DNA of 64,000 bases, taken from Octopus sinensis (taxonomy: Eukaryota). The position numbers and the translations under genes were made by a program. Positions 37,681 to 52,124 of this stretch are shown piece by piece; the first letter of the stretch is position 1, and each line of letters begins with the position of its first letter. The notes beneath the pieces are model-generated. The model was not told the origin of the DNA, did not search any database, and was given only the letters and a program-made list of their open reading frames with translations. Where the stretch lies: assembly GCF_006345805.1 (NCBI RefSeq), contig NC_043000.1, positions 142,786,001 to 142,850,000 of the forward strand, read 5' to 3'.

Positions 37681-40456
37681 GTGGACACAACAGGGTCCAA
37701 AAGGGCCATCGAAGGCTAGCTATTATCTACTACGTCCGTATTTATGTATATATAACAGAGAGAGAGAGGAATTTCCTTCAAGCGTACGCTACATATATAT
37801 TGGACAATCCTTTAGTGGTCTTAAATTTTAAAAGTAGCTTATGGAAACCTAACATAAAGGCTCCTTCATTGGCTGATGTTGTTTATTTTATAGTTATTGT
37901 TTTCGGTTGTGTTTTTAATCGCTTTCGTTACCATTGTAACCATTAATGACATCATCAACAAAAATAACATAAACTCTATAATCATAGCGAGCTGTACTAA
38001 AATAAACCGCCTTTTTCATCATTGTTGCGGTCGTCGCTGTCATCATTATCCCGTCATTATCATCATCATTTTCGTCGACGTTGTCGTAATCATTAGCGTC
38101 ATTGTCAAAATCCGTATCATATAAAAGTTAGATCTATCAATATAACTTGTTAAATAATTATGAGTCATCAATAATACTTTACTTCTTAACATCAGGATCA
38201 TTATGATCAACATTGTCATCATCATCATCATCTTCAAGTGGTTTTCTACACATTCTCTCAGCTTGCAATAAATAGCAGTTATACTTCCTTCAATGACACC
38301 ATATCTCGTTAAAAAATATTGTGGGTTTACGTTCATACGCCAGATAATTGCACCCAGGGGTAGCCAAGGAAACTTGCAGATCCTTGATTATAATGGCCAT
38401 CAATGGCACTACTGCGGAGCACCTATGCACATCCACGTTTTCAGCAGTTTCATTAATTCTGGTCATCCTCGCCACATTCAGCGTACTTACTGTGGGACAG
38501 TACCTCAAACTTTATCCTCAACTTACTTTTTGAATGGAACTTCAGAACGTCATTGAGGGCTTAACCAAAGCTGAAAGTGTCTCTCAGTCCTCCATCCACC
38601 TTTTTTGCCGTAAAGGTTTTTGATTTAGCTACAAGGCCAGCAATTTTGAGAGAAGTTTAATTGATAACGTTGATTCTGATACTAGACCATCAATCCCAGA
38701 TGGATGAAAGGCAAAGTCGACCTGCGCAGGATTTGAACTCAGAACATAATAATTCTTTCTACAATAGGAAAAAGACCTGAAACATTTGGGGTGGATCAGT
38801 CGATTACATTAATCCTAGTGTTCAGCTGGTGCATATTTTATCAATCCCAAGATCATTGAAAGGCATGACCATAGCAGAATTTTAACACAGGACATAAAAC
38901 CTTAAAAAATGTTGTTAAGTACTTTGTATAGTGTGTAAGCAATATTGCCAGCTTACCACCTTTAGATAATATTTTTTGTTGTAACTTAGCAGTTCAGCTA
39001 TATAAACTGATAGAATAAATACCAGGCTTTAAACGAACTAACAACTGGGATCAATGTTTTCAACTAAAACCCTCCAAAGGCAATGTCCTAGCATGGCCGT
39101 ACTCCAATGACAGAAGTAAGTAAAAAGGTGAGATAAGACATAGGAATAAAGCCAACAATTCTGGGGAGATGATATCAACTATATTAACCCGAGTGCACAA
39201 CTTGTACTTAATTTATCGATCCCAATTGGATGAAAGGCAAAGTCAGCCTCAGAGGAATTTGAATTCAAAATGGGAAGCCAAAATATATGCTGTTAGGTAT
39301 TTTGTCCATCATGCTAACGATTGGACCAGCTTGCCTCCTTGATAGAATCATAATAACAGTTGTTACGATCATCACAGTTATTGCTGGCTTACTCATCGTT
39401 TTCCAAAATTTTTTCACACAAGACACCACCAGAAAGCTTTTTCCGAAAAAAAAAAAAGGATTACAAAATATATAAATGCACCTTCACATAGAAATATGCA
39501 TATAGACATGCATTAACACAGAGGCATGCATAGAACCATACATTTGCATGTGCACACACATATACTTACACCACACATATACGTACACACACACACAATC
39601 ATATCACTGCTAATGTTACATATCCCTTATATATGTTCTATGATCATAGGATATCAAAAGAAATAATTATGAATGCTGCCATGAATTTCACTCCATATAT
39701 ATATATGTGTGTGTGCATGTGTGCCCATATCTATAGATATCTATGGAGATATATGTGCATTTATCCATAGATAAGTGTGTGCGTGTTTTAGTTTGTGTAT
39801 GTGTAGCAGATCTGTATCTATGTTATGATGTACACGTATGTGCAAGTCTAGTTTATTTTTTAGAATTTCATGAATTTCTAAATAGATATCAGAATTACTC
39901 TCAAAGCTATTTTATAAATTTTGTATTTATTACCTGTGTCTTTTTTTCTTCTTTTTTTTATGACCATTAATTTGTCAAATATGTTTTGGTTATGAAGAAA
40001 ACAAACAAAACATCTTTCAAAATGTTTTTCAATGAAATATGCATTTAAGTTTATAGCGAAGATATTTTGAAATGCAACAGTTTGTTGTTTGCTTCTGTAC
40101 ACTTCCACAAACAAACAGAGCCCTTAAATGAGTCAGCAAAGGGCTATCTATATAAAATGCTTGAAATGGATGAAATAGCAGCCAAATCTTTTAAACACCT
40201 GAGCACCTGAAAAAAGAAGGACACAACAGAAATTGTAAACCTACATATATTGAAATTTGAGATGCCTATGGGTGAAATATCATTCACCTCATAAATAAAC
40301 CTAAAATCAATTTAAGTCGTGAAGAACTATTCATATCCTTCATTTAAGCACCATAGCTTAACTAACATGCTATTTTTTATATTCAATTTCTTGTTACTAG
40401 ATAAGCTTTCTTCTTCAAGCCACCACTACCAAAATAAGTTTCACTACACACCACCA

Positions 40457-40765
40457 GAGGAAGGTGCAATGGCCCAGTGGTTAGGGCTGTGGACTCACGG
40501 TTGGAGGATTGCGGTTTCGATTCCCAGACTGGGCGTTGTGTGTGTTTATTGAACGAAAATGTCTAAAAAGTTCTATGAGGCTCCAGCAGGGGGTGCTGGC
40601 AACCCCTTTTGTACTCTTTTGCCACAACTTTCTTTCACTCTCTCTCTTCCTGTTTCTTGAGTAACACTGCAATGGATTGGCATCCTGTCCAGCTGCGGGG
40701 AACATATAAGCCACAGAAACCAGGAAACCAGGCCCATGAACCTGGCTAGGCTTGAAAAGGGTGAC
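40457..40765 (+). mobile_element. SINE with family C head and a different, V-domain-like 3' module
   Basis: Head matches the 22.5-kb copy; tail GATTGGCATCCTGTCCAG...GGCTAGGCTTGAAAAGGG matches the 57-kb copy. Confidence 0.8.
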
Positions 40766-41032
40766 GATTTTTTACGTTACACACCACCAGGAATCTCTCA
40801 CCTCCATAACATTTGGTATGTCTTTAATTTCATGCTGCCTGTCTGCCAATGGCATCAATGTAATTAATTTAGAGGTGTTCATCATCTCTCAAAGGGCAAA
40901 AATGTCTAAAATAAAGCATTTGATATGGCCTTGTATTCAGCACAATAGCAATGACCAGCAGAAGCCAGCCTGCATTGGGCAATAACTTTTTGTTCCTCAG
41001 TAGAATTTCCTTTCATATTGAAACTATCTTAC

Positions 41033-41331
41033 AATGGAACGAAAGCAACTCCCACATAGGCAGAAAAGCACTGCTGCAGATCCTTATCCTCACAATTAGA
41101 AGAATTAGAAAAGTAATCAGAATCTCCACACAAAAGGTTTCGAATAAATTTGTGGATTTCTTTGGATATTTGATACTGTCGATACAAGGGTTGTATTGCA
41201 TATTCTTTTGAATGACAGCATCCAGATGAGATTGTTAAACCGTCACCATCATATATGAAAACCCACCAAGCTTTGTGCAAAAATGGTTCAGCTAAATAAT
41301 TTCCAGTCATAGTAGACATACTTCAAAGTTC
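41033..41331 (-). other. Possible exon carrying a 96-codon ORF (MSTMTGNYLAEPFLHKAWWVF...)
   Basis: Non-repetitive ORF bounded by TTTCATCAAAG| and |GTAAGA; no recognised domain. Confidence 0.25.
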
Positions 41332-41429
41332 CTTTGATGAAATACATATTTATGTGAAGCCTTAATTCCCATTCTAGGCAAAGGTTGTGCTGTTAAATAT
41401 AAATGATCACGACGTAAGTAGTACCTGCA

Positions 41430-41738
41430 TCACGCTGACCTTATCTATGCTGAGGGTCTTGTCCTCTTAGCTCATCAACATCTGTTGCTGTCCTCTTAGA
41501 ATACTGCAGATAAGGTTGAGCCATTTCTCAATGCAAAGATTATTCGATACATGACTGTCAATGAAGATGAAATCATATGTAAATGCATTTCAATGATAGT
41601 ATACAATACAAAGATATCAATGACTTTAAGTACTTTGGGTCTTATGCTGCTGACATTAAGAAAATCTTTCTAACATGCAATTGGATAGGACATGCAATTG
41701 AATGTTCATAACAATCTATTTAAGTCAAGTATCTTTAA
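41430..41738 (+). mobile_element. RTE-type RT remnant interrupted by the mariner
   Basis: DLIYAEGLVLL...DFKYFGSY motifs. Confidence 0.55.
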
Positions 41739-41740
41739 TA

Positions 41741-42318
41741 TTGGGTTGTCAGGAAAGTTCCTGCCAATTTTTAAAGGAAAGAAAATAGTCAATTAATACT
41801 TGCCATTACATTTTTAATAAACCAAATATCAACATTTTGTTACACAATGCGTCTTTATCTTTCCTTTAACTTGAAAATACCCTCTTTTCAGAATTGAGGT
41901 AGTTTCATGGCAAAGAATTCATCGAGGTATCTTTTTATATCATCCAAGAAATTGAAATTTTTACCATTAAGACCATTCTGCAGAGACCTGAATAAGTGGA
42001 AATCCGAAGGAGTAATATCTGGTGAATATGGAGGATGAGATGGGGTAACACATCCCAGTCGAGCTGCAGCAATTTTTGTCTGATTCCCAAAGCATCAAGT
42101 GCCGAAAATGAACTTTCTTATCTTCCATTTTAAAGAGTTACAGAATTAACACAGGTTGTAGGAACATAAACCTTCTTCCATGATAGCTTCTTAAGATAGC
42201 TTAAACTGTGCTCTAAAAGGAAGTGTAGTCAAATCCTATTTTATGGACTTAACCATGTTCTAAAATATGTCGAAAGGTAAGCTACTATAAATCGGCACAA
42301 ACTTTCCGGACAACCCAA
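41741..42318 (-). mobile_element. Internally deleted mariner with both TIRs and TA TSD
   Basis: TA|TTGGGTTGTCAGGAAAGTT ... AACTTTCCGGACAACCCAA|TA; internal PPYSPDITPSDFHLFRSLQN. Confidence 0.9.
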
Positions 42319-44074
42319 TATTTTATGGAACGGCAAAATCATAAAAGCACCAGACAAAGTACCATATGTATTTCACTATAGTCTTTTACATTTTGTTCAA
42401 ATCCAAATGAAGTCAACAATGTCATTTTCCTTTCAGTGGTTGATAGAATAAAGTACCATTCAAATACAGAAATTGATACAAAAGACCATACCACTCCAAC
42501 ATTTAAGGCTTTGTGTCTATATTAAGACAAAATTTTTAAAGAATAAGATAGGGAACAAGATTTCATAGAATTCATGCTTTGCCAAATTGCATAGTGTAGC
42601 AAATTTTTGAGAATTTGCTACAAGTACAAACTGAAACTGTTTTGAAAATGCATCTCTGATGTGAATAGTCACAGAGCGCTGAACAAAATACTTTGCAGTA
42701 TTTAAAGCATATCTCTTATATCCTGGTTCCAACACAAATCAAGACAACTTGACATTCATCCTCTCAGAGTCAGTAGAATAAATAGCATTCAAGTATTGTG
42801 GCTGATATAATTGACTGTTACAATCCCCCAAAATCTGTGATGTTGTGCCTATGTTAGAAAACATAAACATTACTTGATGCCATCTAATTTTGTAGGAGAC
42901 AAGAAATATGAGATATGAACTGTGTGTTTTCCCAAAGTTAGTTATGATTGCAAAACAATCAGTTCAAAAGTAAAATCTGATTAATAATTTTCTTTTCCTG
43001 GGACAGGAACATAACTCTGATCAGTCCAATTCATTTTTATTTCAAAATTCAGGATTTTTGCCTTGCTGAAAGAAACTTATTGAACGTTATATACTTAGAC
43101 ATTTTTTGTGTTTTTTTCTTAAATGTAAAACTGTTATATCACACGTTCCGATGGCCTCTACTCAACTCCAGATGTCTAGACTTCTACCTCTATATCTACG
43201 TACTGGGCTAGCCTACTTCATCATCTGGGGGCGTCCACACAACAAAAACATAATAACAATATGAAATAATAATCTTCCAAAGGTTTGATATGAGATTATA
43301 TCAGATTTTGGTGTGCATTTTTCTTTGTATATATTCACTTTTGCAGTATAGTTCAGATATCTCATAGTCTAACCCAGCAGACAATAGAACTACAGTGTGA
43401 TCGCTCAATCAAATTTCCTGCAAATTATAACACATAGCCTTAAAAGGAGAGGGACACAGATTATGTAGTACAAGATACACAATACTCAAGAGAGATATGA
43501 GATGATTATGGCCAGAATATTGTTGAACATAGGTATGCACAATCAGCATTGATCTAGGATTTAAACTACAGCAACTGTCTCAATTGAACATTAACTTCAC
43601 TAAGACATCATTTATCTCCTGTGTTCTCAAAGTTTTTTAATACAAGCTGGACAGTTTGACACTGAACTTGTGTAGACAGAATTTTGTAAGAATATTATTA
43701 GGTGATTCAGATATTCACTGAAGAACAGTTCTGGTTCAGGGATGCTGACGTAACCAATTCATTGGGGTTTTTTTGGTTTTTTGTGGGAGGTTCTGTTATT
43801 CTAGAGAAGGCTGCACATTATATAATCCTTTAATATCTTACACCACACAATATTAACATGATTTAATTTAGTAAAAGCCATAATAGATATTTTAATAATT
43901 TTTTAAAAATTCTAGCCTGAACATTATTTTGAGAAGAAATAAGTTCTAACCACAAGGTGCTTCATTTGCATTAACTTAATTAAAACTAATTAGAACATAT
44001 TACAAATAATTTTTCTTCATTTTTTTTCCAAATATACTTTTCATCACAAATAATTTCATTAAAATTAAAATAAG

Positions 44075-44261
44075 AAATGGAAATATTTTTATTGTATTAA
44101 TGAAACTTTCTATTCTTAGATGGTAACTCCAAACATGGCTTAGTTTAATTGCCACTACTTGTCTCTTGGGTGCAGTTGGACTAGATTTCCAGCAAGAGGA
44201 CACCACAATTACTTGATGCATAAGATTTCAGGCCATTTTCTTATGTATAGTCACTATTTGT
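44075..44261 (-). other. Candidate terminal exon / 3' UTR of the right-hand gene
   Basis: Strong acceptor TTTTTTTTTCCTCCTGTACTTTCAG|; stop within 11 codons in every frame; AATAAA at 44088-44093 (minus). Confidence 0.45.
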
Positions 44262-45007
44262 CTGAAAGTACAGGAGGAAAAAAAAATGTTTCCTAGTAAA
44301 GGTGATCCTGGGGTATAACTTAACTCCCTTTCCTTTGGTCCAATGAGGATAACATTTCAAAAAGCCCACCAAAGATAAGACATCAGGGATCAAAGTAGCT
44401 CTCAGCAACAACACTGGAGTTGTGGTCTTTTCCTCTCTCCTATATCCAGCACACAAAAATTAAAGAAATATCAAAATATCAGAATACAAGCCAATCATAG
44501 ATTAATTATCCTCTAAAATGTGTGATAATAACAAAAAGATCTACATGATCACAGTTGATCCATAAAATAGCAATAATGCAATGAGAGGATAGACTGATAC
44601 CTTTTTACTGTATCTGAGAGAGAGTTTACATAAATAGCAATAGTAAAGAGAGCATATCACACATGGCCCAATGTTTCCACCTTTAATTGATTTGCTACTT
44701 ACTCACTTATTTATAAACCAATTACAGCAAATAATTATTAACATAGTAGCTATTAGCCGTTATTATATGCATGGTTCATGCTTTGAGAAGTTTAACAGTT
44801 AGATGTCCTTTGTATTATTACTACTTAAAACTAATCTACAGAGTGGATGAAGTATATTTTTATATATTTGTAACATATTTTACCATATTTGTACAGCAGA
44901 ATGCTTTTCTGCCACAAGCTACTCTGCAGTAGAGACCAAATGATTAAATCTTTTTAAAAAAATTTTTTTTAATGTTATATCAAATAACATCATAAATGAT
45001 GTTATAG

Positions 45008-45122
45008 GTGCAGGGTTCAGTCCCACTGTGTGGCATCTTGGGCAAGTGTCTTCTGCTACAGCCCCGGACCGACCAATGCCTTGTGAGTGGATTTGGTAGA
45101 CGAAACTGAAAGAAGCCTGTCG

Positions 45123-45200
<78 letters not shown>

Positions 45201-45421
45201 GTGTGTGTGTTTGTGTGTCTGTTTTGTCCCCCTCGCGTTGCTTGACAACCGATGCTAGTGTGTTTACGTCCCCATCACTTAGTGGTTCAGCAAAAGAGAC
45301 TGATAGAATAAGTACTGGGCTTACAAAGAATAAGTCCCGGGGTCAATTTGCTCGACTAAAGGCGGTGCTCCAGCATGGCTGCAGTCAAATGACTGAAACA
45401 AGTAAAAGAGTAAAGAGTAAA
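45008..45421 (+). mobile_element. SINE family B, 5'-truncated
   Basis: Match to family B from GGTTCAGTCCC onward. Confidence 0.9.
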
Positions 45422-45454
45422 TGAACATTTGATGCCCAGCTACCAATGAAAATA

Positions 45455-45706
45455 TTGTTTGTTCCTTCTCGAGCCACACCTGGTTCATAAGGGCTGGTTT
45501 CCCTGTTTCCTTGACATATAGGTTCCCCACCTGGATGGGACACCAGTCATCGCAGGTGAGCTGCAAGATGCAGGAGGAAAGGGTGAGAGAAAGTTGTGGT
45601 GAAAGTGTTCACTCATAAACACACACATTGCCCGGTCTGAGATTTGAACCCGTGATCCCTCAACTGCGAGTCCACTGCTCTAACCACTAGGCCATGTGCC
45701 TCCACA
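45455..45706 (-). mobile_element. SINE with C-like head and a third tail type, internally deleted
   Basis: Matches 54065-54368. Confidence 0.8.
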
Positions 45707-45854
45707 ATGAAAATATAGTTGTCATAATTATTAAACAAATAATGCATTTACTTCATGATAATCTCAGTTTCCTCAACTATGTTCTATAATATATTAGAAT
45801 TTACCCTATATGAAATTAACTGCTTTAGGACATGCAAAATTCACAGAGGAAGTA

Positions 45855-46250
45855 TACTCTTTTACTTGCTTCAGTCATTTGACTGCGGCCATGCTGGAGC
45901 ACCACCTTTAGTCGAGCAAATCAACCCTGGGACTTATTCTTTGTAAGCCCAGTACTTATTCTATTGGTCTCTTTTGCCGAACCGCTAAGTGAGTGGGACA
46001 TAAACACACTAGCATCGGTTGTCAAGCAATGCTAGGGGGACAAACACAGACACACAAACACACACATATATATATATATACATATATACGACAGGCTTCT
46101 TTCAGTTTCCGTCTACCAAATCCACTCACAAGGCATTGGTCGGCTCGGGGCTATAGCAGAAGACACTTGCCCAAGATACCACGCAGTGGGACTGAACCCG
46201 GAACCATGTGGTTGGTTAGCAAGCTACTTACCACACAGCCACTCCTGCGC
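45855..46250 (-). mobile_element. SINE family B
   Basis: Full-length reverse copy. Confidence 0.9.
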
Positions 46251-46458
46251 ATTTTAATTCATGGACTATGATGCTATTAGCGAAAAGGTTTTACCAATTA
46301 AAGTAGAGTGGCCCCCATGTTCTTGAGTTAAACCTCAAATAACTTGCATCTCATCAGTGATGGTCAGCTATATTGTCTAATTAATATTAGTTTTCCATTA
46401 TAAGTCTTTCTTCTACAGGCTTTTACTTGATCTAAGATGTTTATGATTTAACACATAC

Positions 46459-46518
<60 letters not shown>

Positions 46519-48952
46519 GGGTGAGTGTGTATGTATGACCGTGTGTGTGTTTCATAGAGAATAAAAGTCTTTGTTGTTAGTTACTTCTCAATATAAGTAT
46601 ATTACCCAGATATGTAAACATTACTTCATAATGTTCTATACACAATAAGGCTGGATATCACTTTAGATCTTTTATAAATAAAGGGAATATGTACAAAGCA
46701 CAAGAGAAAAAAAAAAGGCATCAAACCAACATTGAGGTTTGAAAAGAAATGGATATTGCTAATATCCAAACTAAGGTAATATTTTTCTATTTAATTGTAC
46801 CTAAGTTGAGTATGTAGAATTCTTAAGAATTCACATAAAATTTGAAATAAACCAGTGGAAGTTTTTCACAAACAACAAACTAGCTATTATGGTTTATCCA
46901 TTCTCAACTTAATTCTACAAAATTTTTTTTTTTTATGTGCAGATAAGGTAAATTGGAGCAGGTCAGCTCAAGAGAATATTGAACCACAAGCCAAAGACCA
47001 TAAGATTTTAATCATATCCACAGAGAAAAACAAATCAAAATAATGATGAAAAAATCAATTAACACTCTTACTTCGTTCAACCTTGATATAATACAATATA
47101 CGCAGCAATGGTTATGTGTACTTGACAAATGTTACATTGCAGAACAAAGGAAAATTCTTATACACCACATACCAAAATTTTCAGTGATATTCTCATATCT
47201 GGTGATGTTGACTTTCTCATTAATGGTGATGTAAAGGCAGCAAACTGGCAAAAGTATTAGCAGCATTTGGTCCATTCTGAGTTCAAATTCTGCTAAGATC
47301 GACTTTGCCTTTCATGCATTTGAGGTTGAGGAAATAAGTATCAGCTGAGTTTTGGGGGTCATTGTAATAAACTAGCCCACTCCTCCAAAATTCCAGGCTT
47401 TGTTTTTATGGTAGAAAAGATTATTGTTGGCATAGATGATGATCGTCTCATTTTCTTCATCATTTCCCATCCACTTTTAAATGCTCCCATGGGTACAACA
47501 GAATTTCCTGAGGCTTATTTTCTAACCAGATGCCCTTTCTGTCACCAACACTTACCTGTTTCAAACAAACACAAGAATTTATGCATACTTTAATAATGTC
47601 TAGAGGACTTTTATATTTGGCAAGATTTGTGAGGCATTTGTTATTTGTTTTCAGTTAGTGGTATGGCTGAGTAATGAAAAAAAAAGAAGCTTTCTAGATG
47701 ATGATGATGATAACGATAATGATGATAACTATGATGATGATAACGATGATGACAACTATGATGATGATGAAACAAATGGGGGAAATGTGATTTTTGGGAT
47801 CACATTCTTTTCTGACCTTGCATCAAGATTTTCATTCATTAACCAATATAACCAATGTACCATGCAATGATGAAGCTAGGAGCTATTGTTGAGCTGACAT
47901 TCTCAAGCTGTGAATGTTTGTTTTTGCTGCTGGTTAGTTCCCAGTCAAACTTAATAGTGAAGATCTACGAGATGAAAGATTTTCCATCCTTGCCTACCTC
48001 ATCAGTTGTTTTTCATGCATAAATATTTAGGATTACATTATCCAATGACTAGTTCCCTTTTTTAAAATCAATATCATATGATTTATGGTTACCATATGTA
48101 ACCCAGTTTAGAATACTTACACAATGTCTCCCAAAAAGAAGCTACAAGAGTTAAAATACAACTGCAGAAAACCCATCCACCCCACATTAACATAAAATAG
48201 CATATCCACAACAATATAACACTGCTGCTGAGGATGATTTCATGGCTATTTAGCTGCTATTTCTAATATACTGTGTTATCATATAGGCTGGTTGTTTTCA
48301 CTTTTATCATCATAAGTATTTTTGGCAAATCCATAACCGTTTGCAATCCTTTAACGTTTACATAAAGAATAATAGGGCTTGCTTTAAGTGACACCTTACT
48401 TGAGTAAATAAATATGCCCAAGTTTTCTCTGCAGTAAATGGTGTGTTGTAATCCTTATGTTTATGATTCAAAGTATAATTTTTTTTTCTTGGCACTTGGT
48501 ATTATTATTCATCCCAATTTAGACTATAAATATTGACTGAGAACTGTTCATCGGATTGAGCTAAGAAAGTTTTTATAACTAAAGGGAAAAAAATTTATGG
48601 CAAAAGGAATACCAGTATTATTTTCTAATGTACCACCACAAATTATTTTCCATCTATGCTCGGATAGACTTATCCCTTTTACAGATCCATTGACCTGAAG
48701 CTTGGCAGTTTTAAAGAAAGTATCTTACCTTTTTATTTCTTAACCATAAGTGCAGGTATAGCAATTATTAGCAGGTGTAGCAGTGTGCTAAGCAGTTAGC
48801 TTCCTACCACGTGATTTCAGATTCACTCTCACTGCACGGCACCTTAGGCAATGTCTTCCAGTGCACTCACTGGCTGACCAAAGCTTTGTGAGTGATGTTA
48901 GTAGATTGAAACTGAAAGAAACCTTTGTGCTTGTGTGTGTATATATATAATC

Positions 48953-49008
<56 letters not shown>

Positions 49009-49257
49009 ATATATATATATGTCCAAAATGGTCATGACTTCTGGTACTTGACTGATGAAAGAAAGCCAAGAATGACCTGTCTTTTTTTTAACTGTCCTAA
49101 TTGTTGTTTCTCTTGACTGCCTTTGTGTCATCTATCTGTCCAAGCGTTTTAATGCCTTCTATTGCGGTTTTGTTCCATTTTGATATATATATGTATATAT
49201 ATATATAATTATATATGTATGTATGAATGCATATCTGTATGTATTATATATATGTAT

Positions 49258-49531
49258 AGGCGCAGGAGTGGCTGTGTGATAAGTAGCTTGCTAACCAACC
49301 ACATGGTTCCGGATTCAGTCCCACTGCATGGCATCTTGGGCAAGTGTCTTCTGCTATAGCCCCGGGCCGACCAATGCCTTGTGAGTGGATTTGGTAGATG
49401 GAAACTGAAAGAAGCCTGTCGTATATATGTATATATATATATATGTGTGTGTGTATGTGCTAAAGGCGGTGCTCCAGCATGGCCGCAATCAAATGACTGA
49501 AACAAGTAAAAGAGTAAAAGAGTAAAAGAGT
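49258..49531 (+). mobile_element. SINE family B with internal deletion
   Basis: Head and tail present; the segment between the microsatellite and CTAAAGGCGG is missing. Confidence 0.85.
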
Positions 49532-49552
49532 ATATATACATGAATGTATATA

Positions 49553-49936
49553 TCTCTCTATATATAAACGGCAGTTTGTCTGTGCGTGTTTCTGTGTGTC
49601 TGTTTGCTTGTACCCTCACTCTGACCACGGCTTTCAACCGATTCTGATGAAACTTGACACACACATAGCCCAATGTCCTAATTCAAAACTAACGCAGCAA
49701 AAATTTTGAAAAGTTCTCCCAGTTCTGAAAAAAATCGATAAATTCGACATGGGGTCGAGAATCAGAAACACAAACCGCAAACTGTCTAGGGGACGCAACT
49801 CCACCTTTTTTTACTCTCAAAAAAAATTTACCATCATTTTTTTCCATTTTTTTGCTATTTTTTGGCTATAACTCTCTAAAAATGCTTTATAGTTATTTCC
49901 CTTACAAACCTGAGCAACGCCGGGCGATACTGCTAG
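49553..49936 (+). mobile_element. Non-autonomous Helitron
   Basis: A|TC...CCTGAGCAACGCCGGG...CTAG|T; 3' end near-identical to the 34.8-kb element. Confidence 0.85.
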
Positions 49937-49982
49937 TGTATGTATATATGTATATATACATAATACATACACACACACACAG

Positions 49983-50016
<34 letters not shown>

Positions 50017-50325
50017 TACAGTCTCCTTTCCTTGACATCATGTGATAGTTGTAAGTAAGCATCATCAGCACATAAAGGATGTCCACTGTTACAGATCTTC
50101 TAAGATATGTCTAACCAGTAGAGAGTGGTGGAAAATGAAACTCAAATATCAAATATCATCTCAGAAATAAGCTCAACATTTTTAGTTTTTAATATAAAGA
50201 GGTATGAGTTGAATGGGTATATAATATGGTAGATTTCCACATCCTTTGATCCTACTTCATATGTTTTGTAAAGAATAACAAACAACCTGAGATCTTAAAG
50301 CAATACTTTCTCCCATTACATTCAT

Positions 50326-50366
<41 letters not shown>

Positions 50367-50425
50367 TCTTTTTTATTACCAGTTTCAGCCAGAGCCTGCG
50401 GTCATGCTGGTGCACAACCATTAAT

Positions 50426-50641
50426 GCGGCGAGCTGGCAGACTCGTTAACACGCCGGGCGAAATGCATAGCCGTATTTCATCTGCTGTTATGTTCTGAGT
50501 TCAAATTCCGCCGAGGTCGACTTTGCCTTTCATCCTTTCGGGGTCGATAAATTAAGTACTAGTTACGCCCTGGGGTCGATGTAATCGACATAATCCGTTT
50601 GTCCCCTCTGTGTTTAGCCCCTTGTGGGCAGTAGTGAAATA
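50426..50641 (+). mobile_element. SINE family A
   Basis: Family match; CATTAATGCG duplicated at both ends. Confidence 0.9.
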
Positions 50642-50689
50642 CATTAATGCGACTGCTTATTTATCTTAAACTCACTTCCTAATGCTGTC

Positions 50690-51115
50690 ACCACAATTAG
50701 CCCCAAGGAAGTAGGGAGTTGGACAGAGCTGCCCTTCTTTGAATCTCTTTCCGTGATGTGAGTTCATCTGGTATATCAAATAAAAATTTGTTCAGTTGCT
50801 GTTTGAAGACAATTATATCTACACATTATAGATCTTTGAAGCCTTTTAGCAATGTACTGAAAAGTTGGGGACCTTTCAATGCTAAGCTGTTAAAGTATTA
50901 GGCTCCTACTCTAGGAGGAATATCCATGGAACAATGCAATGGGGGCCAAGTCTCGTGATTGATATAACTTTCAGTCCCAAAGTTTGGTGCTAGATTTTCC
51001 AGGATCCTCCATATATATTACATTTCATGACTCCTCTCCAGGGAGTAGATCCTCAGTACTTTTAGCCTCTCCTAGTAGTCTATCTGTTGCACTGAGGCAA
51101 TCTTCATTGGTCAGT
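50690..51115 (-). mobile_element. CR1/Jockey-group LINE 3' remnant
   Basis: ERLKVLRIYSLER, YIWRILE, KGPQLFSTL and FKQQLNKFL.DIPDE motifs. Confidence 0.75.
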
Positions 51116-51989
51116 TAAAGCTGAGGCAGTGTCACGTGACAACTTGCTGTGGCTGCCTGCTGGAGCCTAGTAGCAGGTATTTGAAGGGAAAAAAATTTGA
51201 CAAGGCAGTCAGTCGCCTGCTGACACTTGTTGATGCTACATAGAAGAGGCCAGGGAACAGAAGAAAGAAGGAGAAAGAAGACATGCACCAAATACCAGAG
51301 CTGAAGACACTTCCGAAAGTCGGGGGCACACCACGTCAAAATGGTAGAGGAGTAGGGGCCGAAACCAGTAGAAGAGTAGGTTCCTCCTGATGATGTCTTG
51401 AGCTATCTGGATCCTATAAAGGAGCTGTTGTGGTAGCAGACCACAAAACACGGTTGAAATTCCCCATAGGTATTTTCATCAGTCACCATCACAACACATC
51501 TTATTTTACAATCAACTTTCAGCCATTCACATCACAAGTCCTTAGCAGTACATTCTTTTTCCTTGCACTTAGTGGTTGATGGTTTTCATTGATAGTTGTT
51601 AACTCAGATGAAGTTACACTATTTGTCTTCAACAAATACACATATGTACTTACATTATACATATGCATTACATTTGTATTATATACATACACATAATATA
51701 TAAAGTACTTTATATACATGTATACAATAAACATATATGGCCATATTATATACTATCAACACACCACAAAAACACGTGCGTGTGTGGGCGTGCACACATA
51801 TATATATGTCTATATGACAACAGCCCTCCCTAAGGTATTATTCTATTAATAATATTTGTGTCTCTATTCTCCTTTTAACAATTTAATAACACGTTTTACA
51901 CTTATGATAGATACTGACTTACTTATTAAGAGTACTGCTGGTAGCAGGAACTTGAAAGGGTTAAATTAGCACAAAAACTCACACAAGAG

Positions 51990-52021
<32 letters not shown>

Positions 52022-52029
52022 ATATACTC

Positions 52030-52071
<42 letters not shown>

Positions 52072-52088
52072 ACATATCTATCTATCTA

Positions 52089-52124
<36 letters not shown>

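Noticed and set aside
38290-38556. Overlapping ORFs near the promoter as a divergent gene
   Set aside because: No recognisable domain and no consistent splice sites in an open frame.
41013-41201. Aquaporin-like look of FCVEILITFLILL
   Set aside because: No NPA-type motif, the frame is closed upstream, and there are no partner exons.
47698-47770. Poly-Asp ORF segment
   Set aside because: Degenerate (GAT)n microsatellite without splice support.
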